From contig CAXMWX010000003.1 of the NCBI GenBank assembly GCA_963422205.2, forward strand, positions 29,623 to 93,622: a DNA stretch of 64,000 bases. The letters are read 5' to 3'. Positions 20,440 to 28,865 of this stretch are shown here, in pieces. A program made the position numbers and the translations under genes. The first letter of the stretch is position 1, and each line of letters begins with the position of its first letter. The notes below the pieces were generated by a model. It worked only from the letters and a program-made list of their open reading frames with translations. It was not told the origin of the DNA and ran no database searches. Source of the DNA: Gammaproteobacteria bacterium (GTDB taxonomy: Bacteria > Pseudomonadota > Gammaproteobacteria > Eutrophobiales > Eutrophobiaceae).

Positions 20440-20706
20440 TGATGTCTTCGGGTAAGGGGCTGGATAAACCGCCCCGGCTTGGTTGACAAGACGGCAGGAT
20501 ATTATCACACCAATACCGTATTTCAATGGATTAGCGTGTTGCACAGCAGCCTCCCGACGCCTTGCCTGCCATGTCGATAAAGTCTCGCCAGTGAGTGATT
20601 GAGGATTGGGGTCGATCGCCATTTACAGGCATGACTGCGGTCGCCGGGGCTAACTCTACCATGCAGGTTTTCAAACAAAACAGGGGTGCTGGAATTTTTT
20701 ATACTA

Positions 20707-21153
20707 CTAATGCGGTTGTGTAAACTCAAAGAGGGATTGGAGTAATCTCGCATTATATTTCGATATTTTATCAATCCTGGTTTGTTTTCTGGTATAAAGA
20801 GCCTCTTTGTCATTGGTGGTTTTCACTCTTTCCCGATTTTCAAAATCTGAAAAAACAGCTTCATTTGGATTAATACTTAAAACTACATTTCTGTTGCCAC
20901 GACGAGATATGTCTTTGTGCTTGTACTTGTGAATATAAATCAAATTTCGATAGTCATCGATCATTTTTGCTTCCTCTTTGTTGCGGGCTGATGAGATGGG
21001 AACGATGTGATGAAGTTCAAACTTGTCTCTTTTTTTCCACTTCATGAAAGCTAAAATATTTGCGTTTTGGAATAGCACTTCTTCTTGTCGATCTATGGAA
21101 AAATCCTGTGTTTCCAACATTGAGTCGGAAAAATCGGTTATTATCAACTTCAA
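20707..21153 (-). CDS. HNH nuclease domain ORF, the C-terminal part of a split restriction endonuclease
   Basis: FELHHIVPIS...DDYRNLIYIHKYKH fits the HNH pattern (HH...N...H). It overlaps the upstream 313-aa ORF by 137 nt in the +1 frame. Confidence 0.7.
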   Translation of the reverse strand: MKLIITDFSDSMLETQDFSIDRQEEVLFQNANILAFMKWKKRDKFELHHIVPISSARNKEEAKMIDDYRNLIYIHKYKHKDISRRGNRNVVLSINPNEAVFSDFENRERVKTTNDKEALYTRKQTRIDKISKYNARLLQSLFEFTQPH

Positions 21154-21958
21154 AATAGACAGTCGTTTTCAGCAAACCCATAATCTGCTGCGCCTGATTC
21201 TTCCAATTATGAATATCACGTTTAGCGGTTTTGTTTCCCTCAAAATTTTGAGGATTGGCATACGCCTTTACCAATTTGATCACCTTTCTTTGCTCATATT
21301 TTCTCAAGCTACGATATGAATCAAGGAGCTTGATTTTGTCTATACCCTCATTATCATCTGAGAAAATAAACATGAATTCATAGATGCTTATCTTATCATT
21401 CATATAATCGCTAAGATGTAACATGGTCGCCAGTTCAGAAATCCTGCTGCCAAATAGTCTATCTATGGCGTCAGTAAATTTTTTGTACCTGTCAATCAAA
21501 ATATCTGCTTCGATAAATTCAACTGCTCTTATCGTCAATCTACCATGAAAAATTGTTTTTCCCGTTTCATTTATTTTAATTTTTTCTCTTGCCAAAAACC
21601 CCATTTTTTCCAAATCAGGAAAGAAATTCTTTTTTATGGAATTAATCGTACCACGCCCCAATCCAGAATTTATCCTGTCGACGATTGCCTGGTAATGTCT
21701 AGCGTACTCCGGCAACTCATCGTCTTTTGCGTAGTCGCCTGGAGGAATTGTGAAATAATCTGTTCCCACAACATCATATATATTCTGTAAAATCAACCCA
21801 ATGTCATTTAAATTATATCTGTTATGTTGAGAAATATGCCAACCACGATAATTATCATCAAGCAGCCGATTTATTATGTATGTTAAGAAAAGATTATTCT
21901 CTTTTATCGATAAAATCTCATCCAGAATTTGCTGTGTTTCTTTAAGGGCGATATTCAT
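21017..21958 (-). CDS. Putative restriction endonuclease N-terminal (DNA-recognition) part, no recognisable catalytic motif
   Basis: 313-aa AT-rich ORF with a 4-nt overlap to the upstream methyltransferase stop. It ends 11 nt after an A7 tract, and a 1-nt shorter tract would join it to the HNH ORF. Confidence 0.6.
   Translation of the reverse strand: MNIALKETQQILDEILSIKENNLFLTYIINRLLDDNYRGWHISQHNRYNLNDIGLILQNIYDVVGTDYFTIPPGDYAKDDELPEYARHYQAIVDRINSGLGRGTINSIKKNFFPDLEKMGFLAREKIKINETGKTIFHGRLTIRAVEFIEADILIDRYKKFTDAIDRLFGSRISELATMLHLSDYMNDKISIYEFMFIFSDDNEGIDKIKLLDSYRSLRKYEQRKVIKLVKAYANPQNFEGNKTAKRDIHNWKNQAQQIMGLLKTTVYFEVDNNRFFRLNVGNTGFFHRSTRRSAIPKRKYFSFHEVEKKRQV
21030..21036. repeat. T7 (A7 on the coding strand) homopolymer at the frame break of the nuclease gene
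   Basis: Coding strand: GTG GAA AAA AAG AGA CAA GTT TGA in the upstream frame, against ATG AAG TGG AAA AAA AGA GAC AAG TTT GAA CTT CAT CAC in the HNH frame. Confidence 0.9.
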
Positions 21959-22725
21959 CTGACTTCCCTTAATTTTTTTCTGGCTATTGCTACATAGTCT
22001 TTTTCTATATCACAACACAGAAAATTCCTTTTTAGTTTTTTTGCGGCAACTGCTGTTGTACCAACGCCAACAAAACAATCCAAAATCAGGTCATTTTTAT
22101 TTGAACTTGCCTTGATGATTCTCCTTATCAACTCTAATGGCTTTGGCGTAGCATGTTGCATCTTTTGAACTTTACCATTGACTTTATTTTTATGTCTCTC
22201 ACTCGTAATATGCCAGACTTCGCCGCAAAGTTTTCCCTTTGGATTAGGAAACCAACGTTTGCCGTTTTTAATTATACCTTTCCTTTTTGCATGCTCAATT
22301 CTCTTCGTTGACTCATAAGGAATACGTACAGCATCATAGTTGAACGTGTGGTTTTTTCCCTTAGTGAAGAAAATTATCGTTTCCTGTCCATTGCTAAAAC
22401 GCTTTCTGGCACCGCTCAATCCATCTCTTTTATCCCAGGTTATCCAGTTTTGAAAATACATACCCTTGCTGACAAGATATTGCAGTATGAATGCCGAATT
22501 ATATGGTGTATTAAAAATATACAGGCTGCCATTGCGTTTTAGTTTTGGAATAAGAGCATCTATCCAGGAATAGGTAAAATCAAAAAATGCTTTTCTTGAT
22601 TTGAAGGTATCCCAATATGCTTTTCGCATATTGTAGGGCGGGTCAATAATAGCCAGATCAATAATGTCATCATCAACCTGTTGCAAAAATTTAAAGCAAT
22701 CCATTTGATATATTTTATTTAGCAT
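21955..22725 (-). CDS. Beta-class DNA methyltransferase (N4/N6 family, DPPY type, probably m6A)
   Basis: Motif IV LAIIDPPYN lies N-terminal and motif I LDCFVGVGTT lies C-terminal, which is the beta-class order. Confidence 0.88.
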   Translation of the reverse strand: MLNKIYQMDCFKFLQQVDDDIIDLAIIDPPYNMRKAYWDTFKSRKAFFDFTYSWIDALIPKLKRNGSLYIFNTPYNSAFILQYLVSKGMYFQNWITWDKRDGLSGARKRFSNGQETIIFFTKGKNHTFNYDAVRIPYESTKRIEHAKRKGIIKNGKRWFPNPKGKLCGEVWHITSERHKNKVNGKVQKMQHATPKPLELIRRIIKASSNKNDLILDCFVGVGTTAVAAKKLKRNFLCCDIEKDYVAIARKKLREVR

Positions 22726-23612
22726 AATTTTTTTTGATGCGATTCTTGCTCAAGGAGCATTTTAGCTAACCCTAACTTTTTATCGATTATTCTCCGGTAA
22801 TTTTTCATTACTTCATAACCAATAAAATGACGTCCCTCTTCTTTTGCCACTTTTAAGGTTGTGCCGCTACCTGCAAAAGGATCAAGCACAACATCATCAA
22901 TATAAGTAAATAACCTTACGCAACGATAAACAATCTCTTCTGGCATAATGGCACTATGATTACCAAAGGCAATATCATTTTTCCCCGGAACAGGTATTCG
23001 CCAAATCTGTTTTGTGAATTTCACCCATTCCTCTTCGGTTAGTTTACTTTGTTCTCTGATTTTCCTAGGCTTATTATTTACTGTTTTACCGTCTTTCACA
23101 TAGACAGTTATAAATTCACTGGTATTTTGTGCGTAAAAATTTCTTGGATAAGGATAACTTCCAAACATCAGTTTTTTACTTGGATTAGTTCGATCCCAAA
23201 TATAAACATCATATAAAAACATATCCGTTTTTTCCTGATATAAAATCGAATGCTGTATGTCAGCATTAAGATCAAAAATGTGTCTATTATAGTGCGTTGA
23301 GTAATCCGCCTTCTTCATTGGCACAAGTGGAGTATTGATTATCAGTTTTCCATTTGGTTTTAATACCCGCTCACACTCTTGCCAAACTTTCAATAGCCCT
23401 TTAATGAATAACTCATAATCATTTATATCGCCAAGCTGCTCTTTATGTTTTTTGTCATTACTGTTTTTTTGATAGCCATCCTTGGCATAATCTTTAATAT
23501 TAAAATAAGGCGGCGATGTAACGATCAAATGAACTGCCCTGTCTGGGACTTCACGCATATTTTGAGCGTTTTTATAAAACACTTTATTTAGAAAATCTTT
23601 ATTCTTATGCAC
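22719..23612 (-). CDS. Beta-class DNA methyltransferase (N4/N6 family, SPPY type, possibly m4C)
   Basis: Motif IV LIVTSPPYF lies N-terminal and motif I LDPFAGSGTT lies C-terminal. GTG start with GAGG 8 nt upstream. Confidence 0.88.
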   Translation of the reverse strand: MHKNKDFLNKVFYKNAQNMREVPDRAVHLIVTSPPYFNIKDYAKDGYQKNSNDKKHKEQLGDINDYELFIKGLLKVWQECERVLKPNGKLIINTPLVPMKKADYSTHYNRHIFDLNADIQHSILYQEKTDMFLYDVYIWDRTNPSKKLMFGSYPYPRNFYAQNTSEFITVYVKDGKTVNNKPRKIREQSKLTEEEWVKFTKQIWRIPVPGKNDIAFGNHSAIMPEEIVYRCVRLFTYIDDVVLDPFAGSGTTLKVAKEEGRHFIGYEVMKNYRRIIDKKLGLAKMLLEQESHQKKLC

Positions 23613-23739
23613 AGATCGCCTCGGGTATTGCTTTATTTAAGTTGCAAGCTGCTGATATTTGATTCCACAACGCTTGCCGACTTGCCTGTTTATCGCACAT
23701 GGGTACTTAAATGATAACCTGAACGATCTCATGCCTTGA

Positions 23740-24327
23740 TTATTCCTGCCCCAGCGAGATAAAATTCTTTAACAGATCATGGCCGCAGGTAGTCAGTATG
23801 GATTCTGGATGAAACTGCACCCCATAGACAGGATAGTCTTTATGTCGAACTCCCATGATCTCATCCATGCTGCCATCAGCATGCTGCGTCCAGGCGGTGA
23901 CTTCAAGGCAGCCGGGCAAGGTATCTTTGGCTACCACCAGGGAATGGTAGCGGGTGGCGATAAGAGGCACTTCCAACCCGCTGAACACATCGCTGTCAGC
24001 ATGAAAGATGGCGGAGGTCTTGCCGTGCATGACCTGTTGGGCATGTATGATGTTGCCGCCAAACACCTGGCCGATACTCTGATGCCCCAGACAAACGCCT
24101 AAGATCGGCACCTGCCCCTTGAATGCGTCAATCACTGCCATGGAAATGCCGGCCTTATCCGGCGTACACGGGCCGGGCGAGATAACCAGACGTTGCGGTG
24201 CCAGGGCGGCGATCTCATCAATACTGATAACATCATTGCGGTATACCTTGACATCCTGCCCCAGCTCGCCGAGGTACTGCACCAGGTTGTAGGTAAACGA
24301 ATCGTAGTTGTCTATCATCAGCAACAT
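23740..24327 (-). CDS. trpG: Anthranilate synthase component II (glutamine amidotransferase)
   Basis: [18 protein letters not shown]... with the GVCLGHQ catalytic Cys and the HPES triad. Confidence 0.96.
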   Translation of the reverse strand: MLLMIDNYDSFTYNLVQYLGELGQDVKVYRNDVISIDEIAALAPQRLVISPGPCTPDKAGISMAVIDAFKGQVPILGVCLGHQSIGQVFGGNIIHAQQVMHGKTSAIFHADSDVFSGLEVPLIATRYHSLVVAKDTLPGCLEVTAWTQHADGSMDEIMGVRHKDYPVYGVQFHPESILTTCGHDLLKNFISLGQE

Positions 24328-24335
24328 AAACGTCT

Positions 24336-25835
24336 CTACCGCAAGCCTTTTTCCGCCATGGATACGGCGCGGAAGATCGCCCGGCCTTTATTCATGGTCT
24401 CATCCCATTCTTTTTCCGGATCGGAATCCGCAACGATGCCGGCGCCCGCCTGAATGTGTAATGTTCCCGCCTTTATGATGGCCGTGCGGATGGCAATCGC
24501 CGTATCCATGTTGCCCGCCCAGGAGATATAACCCACGGCGCCGGAATAGACGCCGCGCGCTACCGGTTCCAACTCATCGATGATCTGCATTGCCCGAATC
24601 TTTGGCGCACCGGCGACCGTACCGGCCGGGAAGCAGTGCATCAAGACATCAACGGCGCGGGCGCCGGCCTTTATCCTGCCAATGACATTGGAGACAATGT
24701 GCATGACATGGGAATAACGCTCGACAGTCATGTTCTCCGTCACCTTGACCGAGCCGGTCATCGCCACCCGGCCAACATCGTTGCGCCCCAGATCGATCAG
24801 CATCAGGTGCTCGGCACGCTCCTTGGGGTCAGCCAGCAGTTCCTGCGCCAGTGCCTTGTCCTGCTCTTCATTCTCGCCTCTCGGCCGGGTACCGGCTATC
24901 GGCCTGACCGTGACCATGCCATCCTCCAGCCGCGTCAAGACCTCCGGCGAAGCACCGACCACAAAAAAATCATCGAGATGCAGATGAAACATATATGGCG
25001 AAGGATTGGTGCAGCGCAGGGCGCGGTACAGTTGCAGCGGCGCCGCCTTGAACGGGATCGACAGACGTTGCGATAACACCACCTGCATGGCATCGCCCGC
25101 TATGATGTAATCCTGGATACGCTTCACTGCCCGGATAAATTTTTCCTTGCTCAAGCCGGAGATAAAATGCTTCTCTTCAACCGCTATCCCGGAGGCGAAG
25201 GCATCTTTTTGCGGCAGCTCATGCTTGATGAGTTTTCTCTCCAGCGTATCCAGCGCCTGTTGCGCCCTAGCATAGGCATCATCCTCGCTCGGATCAGCAT
25301 GGACGATCAGCATCACCCTGGCGCTGATATTATCGAAGACAACGACCCGATCACACACCAGCAGCACGATGTCCGGGCAATCCAGCGGGTCGGGCTTCGG
25401 CGGACCGGAGGCCCCAGGCTCAACGTAGCGGATACACTCATAACCAAAATAACCCACCAGCCCACCGGTAAACCGCGGCAGGTTGTCCAGCTGGGGGACG
25501 CGGTAGCGTTGCCGGAATGCCTCGATCTCGGCGAACGGATCGCTGATCTGTTTTTCTGTGATAAGTCGGCTGCCGATTTCAATTTTCATGGTATGGTTTT
25601 TCACGCTGAGTTGTGCGCTCGCCGATAAACCAATGAACGAGTAATGCGCCCATTGCTCTCCGCCTTGCACAGATTCCAGCAGAAACGTGCGTTTACCGTT
25701 GGCCAGCTTCATATAGGCGCTGAGCGGCGTATCCAGATCGGCCAGCAATTCTCTGATGACCGGGATATGGTTATAGCCCTGGTCGGCGAGCGCGGCAAAA
25801 CGCTCGGCGGTGACGATGTTCTGCATCTCATCCAT
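24336..25835 (-). CDS. trpE: Anthranilate synthase component I
   Basis: 499 aa, LLESV... Trp-feedback region and the C-terminal chorismate-binding motifs [20 protein letters not shown]. Confidence 0.96.
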   Translation of the reverse strand: MDEMQNIVTAERFAALADQGYNHIPVIRELLADLDTPLSAYMKLANGKRTFLLESVQGGEQWAHYSFIGLSASAQLSVKNHTMKIEIGSRLITEKQISDPFAEIEAFRQRYRVPQLDNLPRFTGGLVGYFGYECIRYVEPGASGPPKPDPLDCPDIVLLVCDRVVVFDNISARVMLIVHADPSEDDAYARAQQALDTLERKLIKHELPQKDAFASGIAVEEKHFISGLSKEKFIRAVKRIQDYIIAGDAMQVVLSQRLSIPFKAAPLQLYRALRCTNPSPYMFHLHLDDFFVVGASPEVLTRLEDGMVTVRPIAGTRPRGENEEQDKALAQELLADPKERAEHLMLIDLGRNDVGRVAMTGSVKVTENMTVERYSHVMHIVSNVIGRIKAGARAVDVLMHCFPAGTVAGAPKIRAMQIIDELEPVARGVYSGAVGYISWAGNMDTAIAIRTAIIKAGTLHIQAGAGIVADSDPEKEWDETMNKGRAIFRAVSMAEKGLR

Positions 25836-26530
25836 GGGCGAGTGCCAAAGGCGCAGCTAACGGCCGACGGATTGCAGCTTCTCCCGCATCCGCGTATGGT
25901 GGCGGCATAGTCATTGCTGCTGAAAATGGCGGAGCCAGCGACAAACGTATCCGCACCAGCGGCGGCAATGTCGGCAATATTATCGCTGCTTACCCCGCCA
26001 TCAATTTCCAGCCGAATGTCACGGCCACTGGCGGCAATCATCCGGCGGGCAGTACGCAGCTTGTCCAGCGCCGAGGCAATGAAGCATTGGCCGCCGAAGC
26101 CCGGATTGACCGACATCAGCAAGATCATATCAATATGCTCCAGCACATAATGCAGATGATGCAGCGGCGTGGCCGGATTAAACACCAGCCCGGCCTTGCA
26201 GCCGGCTTCCTTGATCAGCCGCAGGGAGCGATCAATATGCTCGCTGGCCTCGGGGTGAAACGTCATATAATCAGCGCCCGCCGCCGCAAAGGCCGGGATG
26301 AGGCCATCCACCGGCTTGACCATCAGGTGTACGTCCAGCGGGGCGGTGATCCCGTAATCACGCAGGGCGGCCACCAGCACCGGGCCGAAGGTCAGGTTGG
26401 GCACGTAATGGTTATCCATCACATCAATGTGGATCATATCAGCACCAGCGGCGAGAACGGCGGCCACCTCATCGCCCAGACGGGCAATATCGGCCGCCAG
26501 AATGGATGGGGCAATAAGGTAGTCGGTCAT
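25709..26530 (-). CDS. rpe: Ribulose-phosphate 3-epimerase, with the 3' end apparently frameshifted (canonical-looking stop at 25857-25859 in another frame)
   Basis: [22 protein letters not shown]...[17 protein letters not shown]...VNPGFGGQ motifs. The last roughly 60 codons of the ORF are Arg/Ser/Pro-rich and overlap trpE by 127 nt. Confidence 0.9.
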   Translation of the reverse strand: MTDYLIAPSILAADIARLGDEVAAVLAAGADMIHIDVMDNHYVPNLTFGPVLVAALRDYGITAPLDVHLMVKPVDGLIPAFAAAGADYMTFHPEASEHIDRSLRLIKEAGCKAGLVFNPATPLHHLHYVLEHIDMILLMSVNPGFGGQCFIASALDKLRTARRMIAASGRDIRLEIDGGVSSDNIADIAAAGADTFVAGSAIFSSNDYAATIRGCGRSCNPSAVSCAFGTRPWMRCRTSSPPSVLPRSPTRAITISRSSENCWPIWIRRSAPI

Positions 26531-26966
26531 CGGTGTGTGTGGGCGATCATCGTGCAGGTTATGCACTTTACCCGATCAGCGATGGTATCGCCAATGCCAG
26601 CGGTTACCGTTTATGGCTGATGGGGCTGCTGCAACAAGGCGTTTGATTTTTTCAGCCAGTTGCAAAACCCCGCAATACCCGTGGTGCATATCTGTGATGG
26701 TCAGGGTTTTGCTGTCATAATAACCTGAGGCGGATGAGCGGAGGCGGACGGGCAAGGCATTATTAAATTTTCAGATAAAAGGGACCATGGGTTATGTTGT
26801 TTGCTCTGTTTTACTATTAAAGTTTGTCATTAATTGGTATCTTTCTGATTATTGCACTGATAATTTACAGCCTGGTCATGATCATGATTACCGCAATAAA
26901 AACCTGTCACGGTGCAGCTTGCCGTTATCCGCTCACGTTACGATCAATAACATAAAGGGGCGTATC

Positions 26967-27902
26967 ATGCTTGAAATCGTATCAATCGGTTTGTTCATCC
27001 TCGGCATCGTCTTATTGTTTAAAATGGCGGTGGTGGTGCCGCAAGGCTATGAATACACGGTCGAGTATTTTGGCAAATACACCAAGACCCTGCGTCCTGG
27101 CCTGCATTTTATCATACCCATCGTTGAGTTCATTGGCTCGAAGATGAACATGATGGAGACCGTGCTGGATGTGCCAACACAAGAGGTGATCACCAAGGAC
27201 AATGCGATGGTGGCGGTTGATGGCGTGGTCTTCTTTCAGGTGCTGGATGCTCCCAAGGCCGCCTACGAGGTCAATCACCTGTCACATGCCATCCTGAACC
27301 TGACCATGACCAATATCAGGACGGTCATGGGCTCCATGGATTTGGATGAGTTGCTGTCAAAACGGGATCATATCAATGCCCAGTTATTGCAGGTCGTTGA
27401 TGAGGCAACCGGCCCCTGGGGGGTCAAGGTGACCCGCATTGAGATCAAGGACATTACGCCGCCACGGGACCTGGTCGATGCCATGGCGAGACAAATGAAG
27501 GCCGAACGTGACAAACGGGCACAGATCCTGGAGGCCGAGGGCGAGAAACAGGCCGAGATATTGCGCGCCGATGGGGAAAAACAGGCGGCGATCTTAGAAG
27601 CCGAGGGCCGGCGTGAAGCCGCTTTTAAGGATGCCGAGGCACGTGAGCGTCTGGCCGAGGCCGAGGCCAAGGCAACAGCCGATGTCTCTGTGGCGATTGC
27701 CAGCGGTGATATTCAGGCCATCAATTATTTTGTTGCCAATAAATATGTCGAGGCATTGAAAGAGATTGCCGTTGCGCCTAATCAGAAAGTCGTCTTGATG
27801 CCGTTGGAGGCGGGCAATGTGATCGGCGCATTGGGCGGCATAACCGAGATCGCCAAGGAGACCTTTGCCAGCAAAGGCGCTGGCAAGGCGGTCGCGAAGT
27901 AG
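26967..27902 (+). CDS. SPFH/band-7 (stomatin/QmcA-like) membrane protein
   Basis: ATG at 26967 preceded by AAGGGG. TM helix then [29 protein letters not shown], with a C-terminal coiled-coil EAEG repeat. Followed by NfeD, as in E. coli qmcA-ybbJ. Confidence 0.9.
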   Translation: MLEIVSIGLFILGIVLLFKMAVVVPQGYEYTVEYFGKYTKTLRPGLHFIIPIVEFIGSKMNMMETVLDVPTQEVITKDNAMVAVDGVVFFQVLDAPKAAYEVNHLSHAILNLTMTNIRTVMGSMDLDELLSKRDHINAQLLQVVDEATGPWGVKVTRIEIKDITPPRDLVDAMARQMKAERDKRAQILEAEGEKQAEILRADGEKQAAILEAEGRREAAFKDAEARERLAEAEAKATADVSVAIASGDIQAINYFVANKYVEALKEIAVAPNQKVVLMPLEAGNVIGALGGITEIAKETFASKGAGKAVAK

Positions 27903-27907
27903 CAGAT

Positions 27908-28360
27908 ATGGCGGTATTAGCAATAAATGCCTGGCACTGGCTGCTGCTGGCGGTGTTGCTGTTTTGTATTGAGTTACTGGTTATACCAGCAACTTACTGC
28001 CTTTGGCTGGGGGTCGCCGCCGCCGCTGTCGGGATCATGATGTTACTGCTGCCGGAGTTGGCCTTTTTTTTCCAGATCGTTATCTTCACCTCGCTATCCG
28101 TTGCCAGCCTGGTGATACACAAGCGTTATCTCAAGCGCAACCCGCCGACCAGCGATGAGCCTGCCCTGAACAGGCGAGGCGAGCAATATATTGGCCGTGT
28201 GTTTACTCTGCAAGAAGCGATTGTCAATGGTGTTGGCAAGGTGAAAGTGGATGACAGCACCTGGAAGGTCAGGGGCGAGGATACGGCTGCCGGCGGGCGT
28301 GTCAGGATCACCGGGGCAGATGGCACGGTGTTATTGGTTCAATCGGCAGATGAGGGTTAA
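27908..28360 (+). CDS. NfeD-family membrane protein
   Basis: Three TM helices plus a C-terminal OB-like GKVKVDDSTWKVRGED. Classic partner of an SPFH gene. Confidence 0.85.
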   Translation: MAVLAINAWHWLLLAVLLFCIELLVIPATYCLWLGVAAAAVGIMMLLLPELAFFFQIVIFTSLSVASLVIHKRYLKRNPPTSDEPALNRRGEQYIGRVFTLQEAIVNGVGKVKVDDSTWKVRGEDTAAGGRVRITGADGTVLLVQSADEG

Positions 28361-28363
28361 GCC

Positions 28364-28831
28364 ATGCTCACAGTCAAACAGTGGTTACAGGAATACGATG
28401 CCAGTCATCAGAACCGCACCAACAAGCGCATTCACTGGGTGTGTGTGCCGGCGATCATGTTCAGTATCATCGGCCTGTTGTGGGCCATCCCCCGCCCGGC
28501 GGTATTTGCCGAATTCCCCCTGCTGCTGAATTGGGCGGTTATCATCGCCGGCCCGCTGCTGCTGTATTACTGCCTCTTGTCTCTGCGCCTGGCCTTCGGC
28601 ATGACCTTGCTGCTGGCCGCCATGTTTGGCCTGATGTTTCTGCTGGCGCAAACCGCCCTGTCCATAGGCTATTTCTCCATCGCCCTGTTTGTCAGTGCCT
28701 GGGCAGGCCAGTTTATCGGCCATGAAATTGAAGGGAAAAAACCCTCGTTCTTTAAAGACCTGCAATTTCTCCTGATTGGGCCGTTATGGATCATGGCATT
28801 TATCTATCGCCGGCTGGGCGTGGCGTATTGA
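28364..28831 (+). CDS. Mpo1-like (DUF962) membrane protein
   Basis: EYDASHQNRTNKRIHWVCVP...GQFIGHEIEGKKPSF motif typical of DUF962. Confidence 0.7.
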   Translation: MLTVKQWLQEYDASHQNRTNKRIHWVCVPAIMFSIIGLLWAIPRPAVFAEFPLLLNWAVIIAGPLLLYYCLLSLRLAFGMTLLLAAMFGLMFLLAQTALSIGYFSIALFVSAWAGQFIGHEIEGKKPSFFKDLQFLLIGPLWIMAFIYRRLGVAY

Positions 28832-28865
28832 ACGATTAAATCAGGGCGACTGCCGGTAACAGATG

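Larger units (their letters stand above)
18850..23739 (-). other. AT-rich, apparently horizontally acquired restriction-modification island between trpG and trpD (boundaries approximate)
   Basis: Hand-counted lines inside 20.7-23.6 kb give roughly 27-35% GC against 53-63% in trpG/trpE/trpD. It contains 3 MTase genes plus HNH nuclease ORFs, all co-oriented with the trp genes. Confidence 0.75.

Noticed and set aside
20440-20622. 61-codon N-terminal extension of the gamma-class MTase ORF (ATG at 20622).
   Set aside because: The extension lies in the GC-rich spacer, looks non-protein-like, and precedes the HTH domain without any recognisable fold. I preferred the ATG at 20439, though the longer form cannot be excluded.
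26567-26966. 400-bp gap upstream of the SPFH gene, including a TTG-initiated minus-strand ORF of about 58 codons (...YYDSKTLTITDMHHGYCGVLQLAEKIKRLVAAA...).
   Set aside because: There is no RBS or ATG, it is below the ORF-track threshold, and I recognise no family. No RNA structure could be justified by eye. I left it unannotated.
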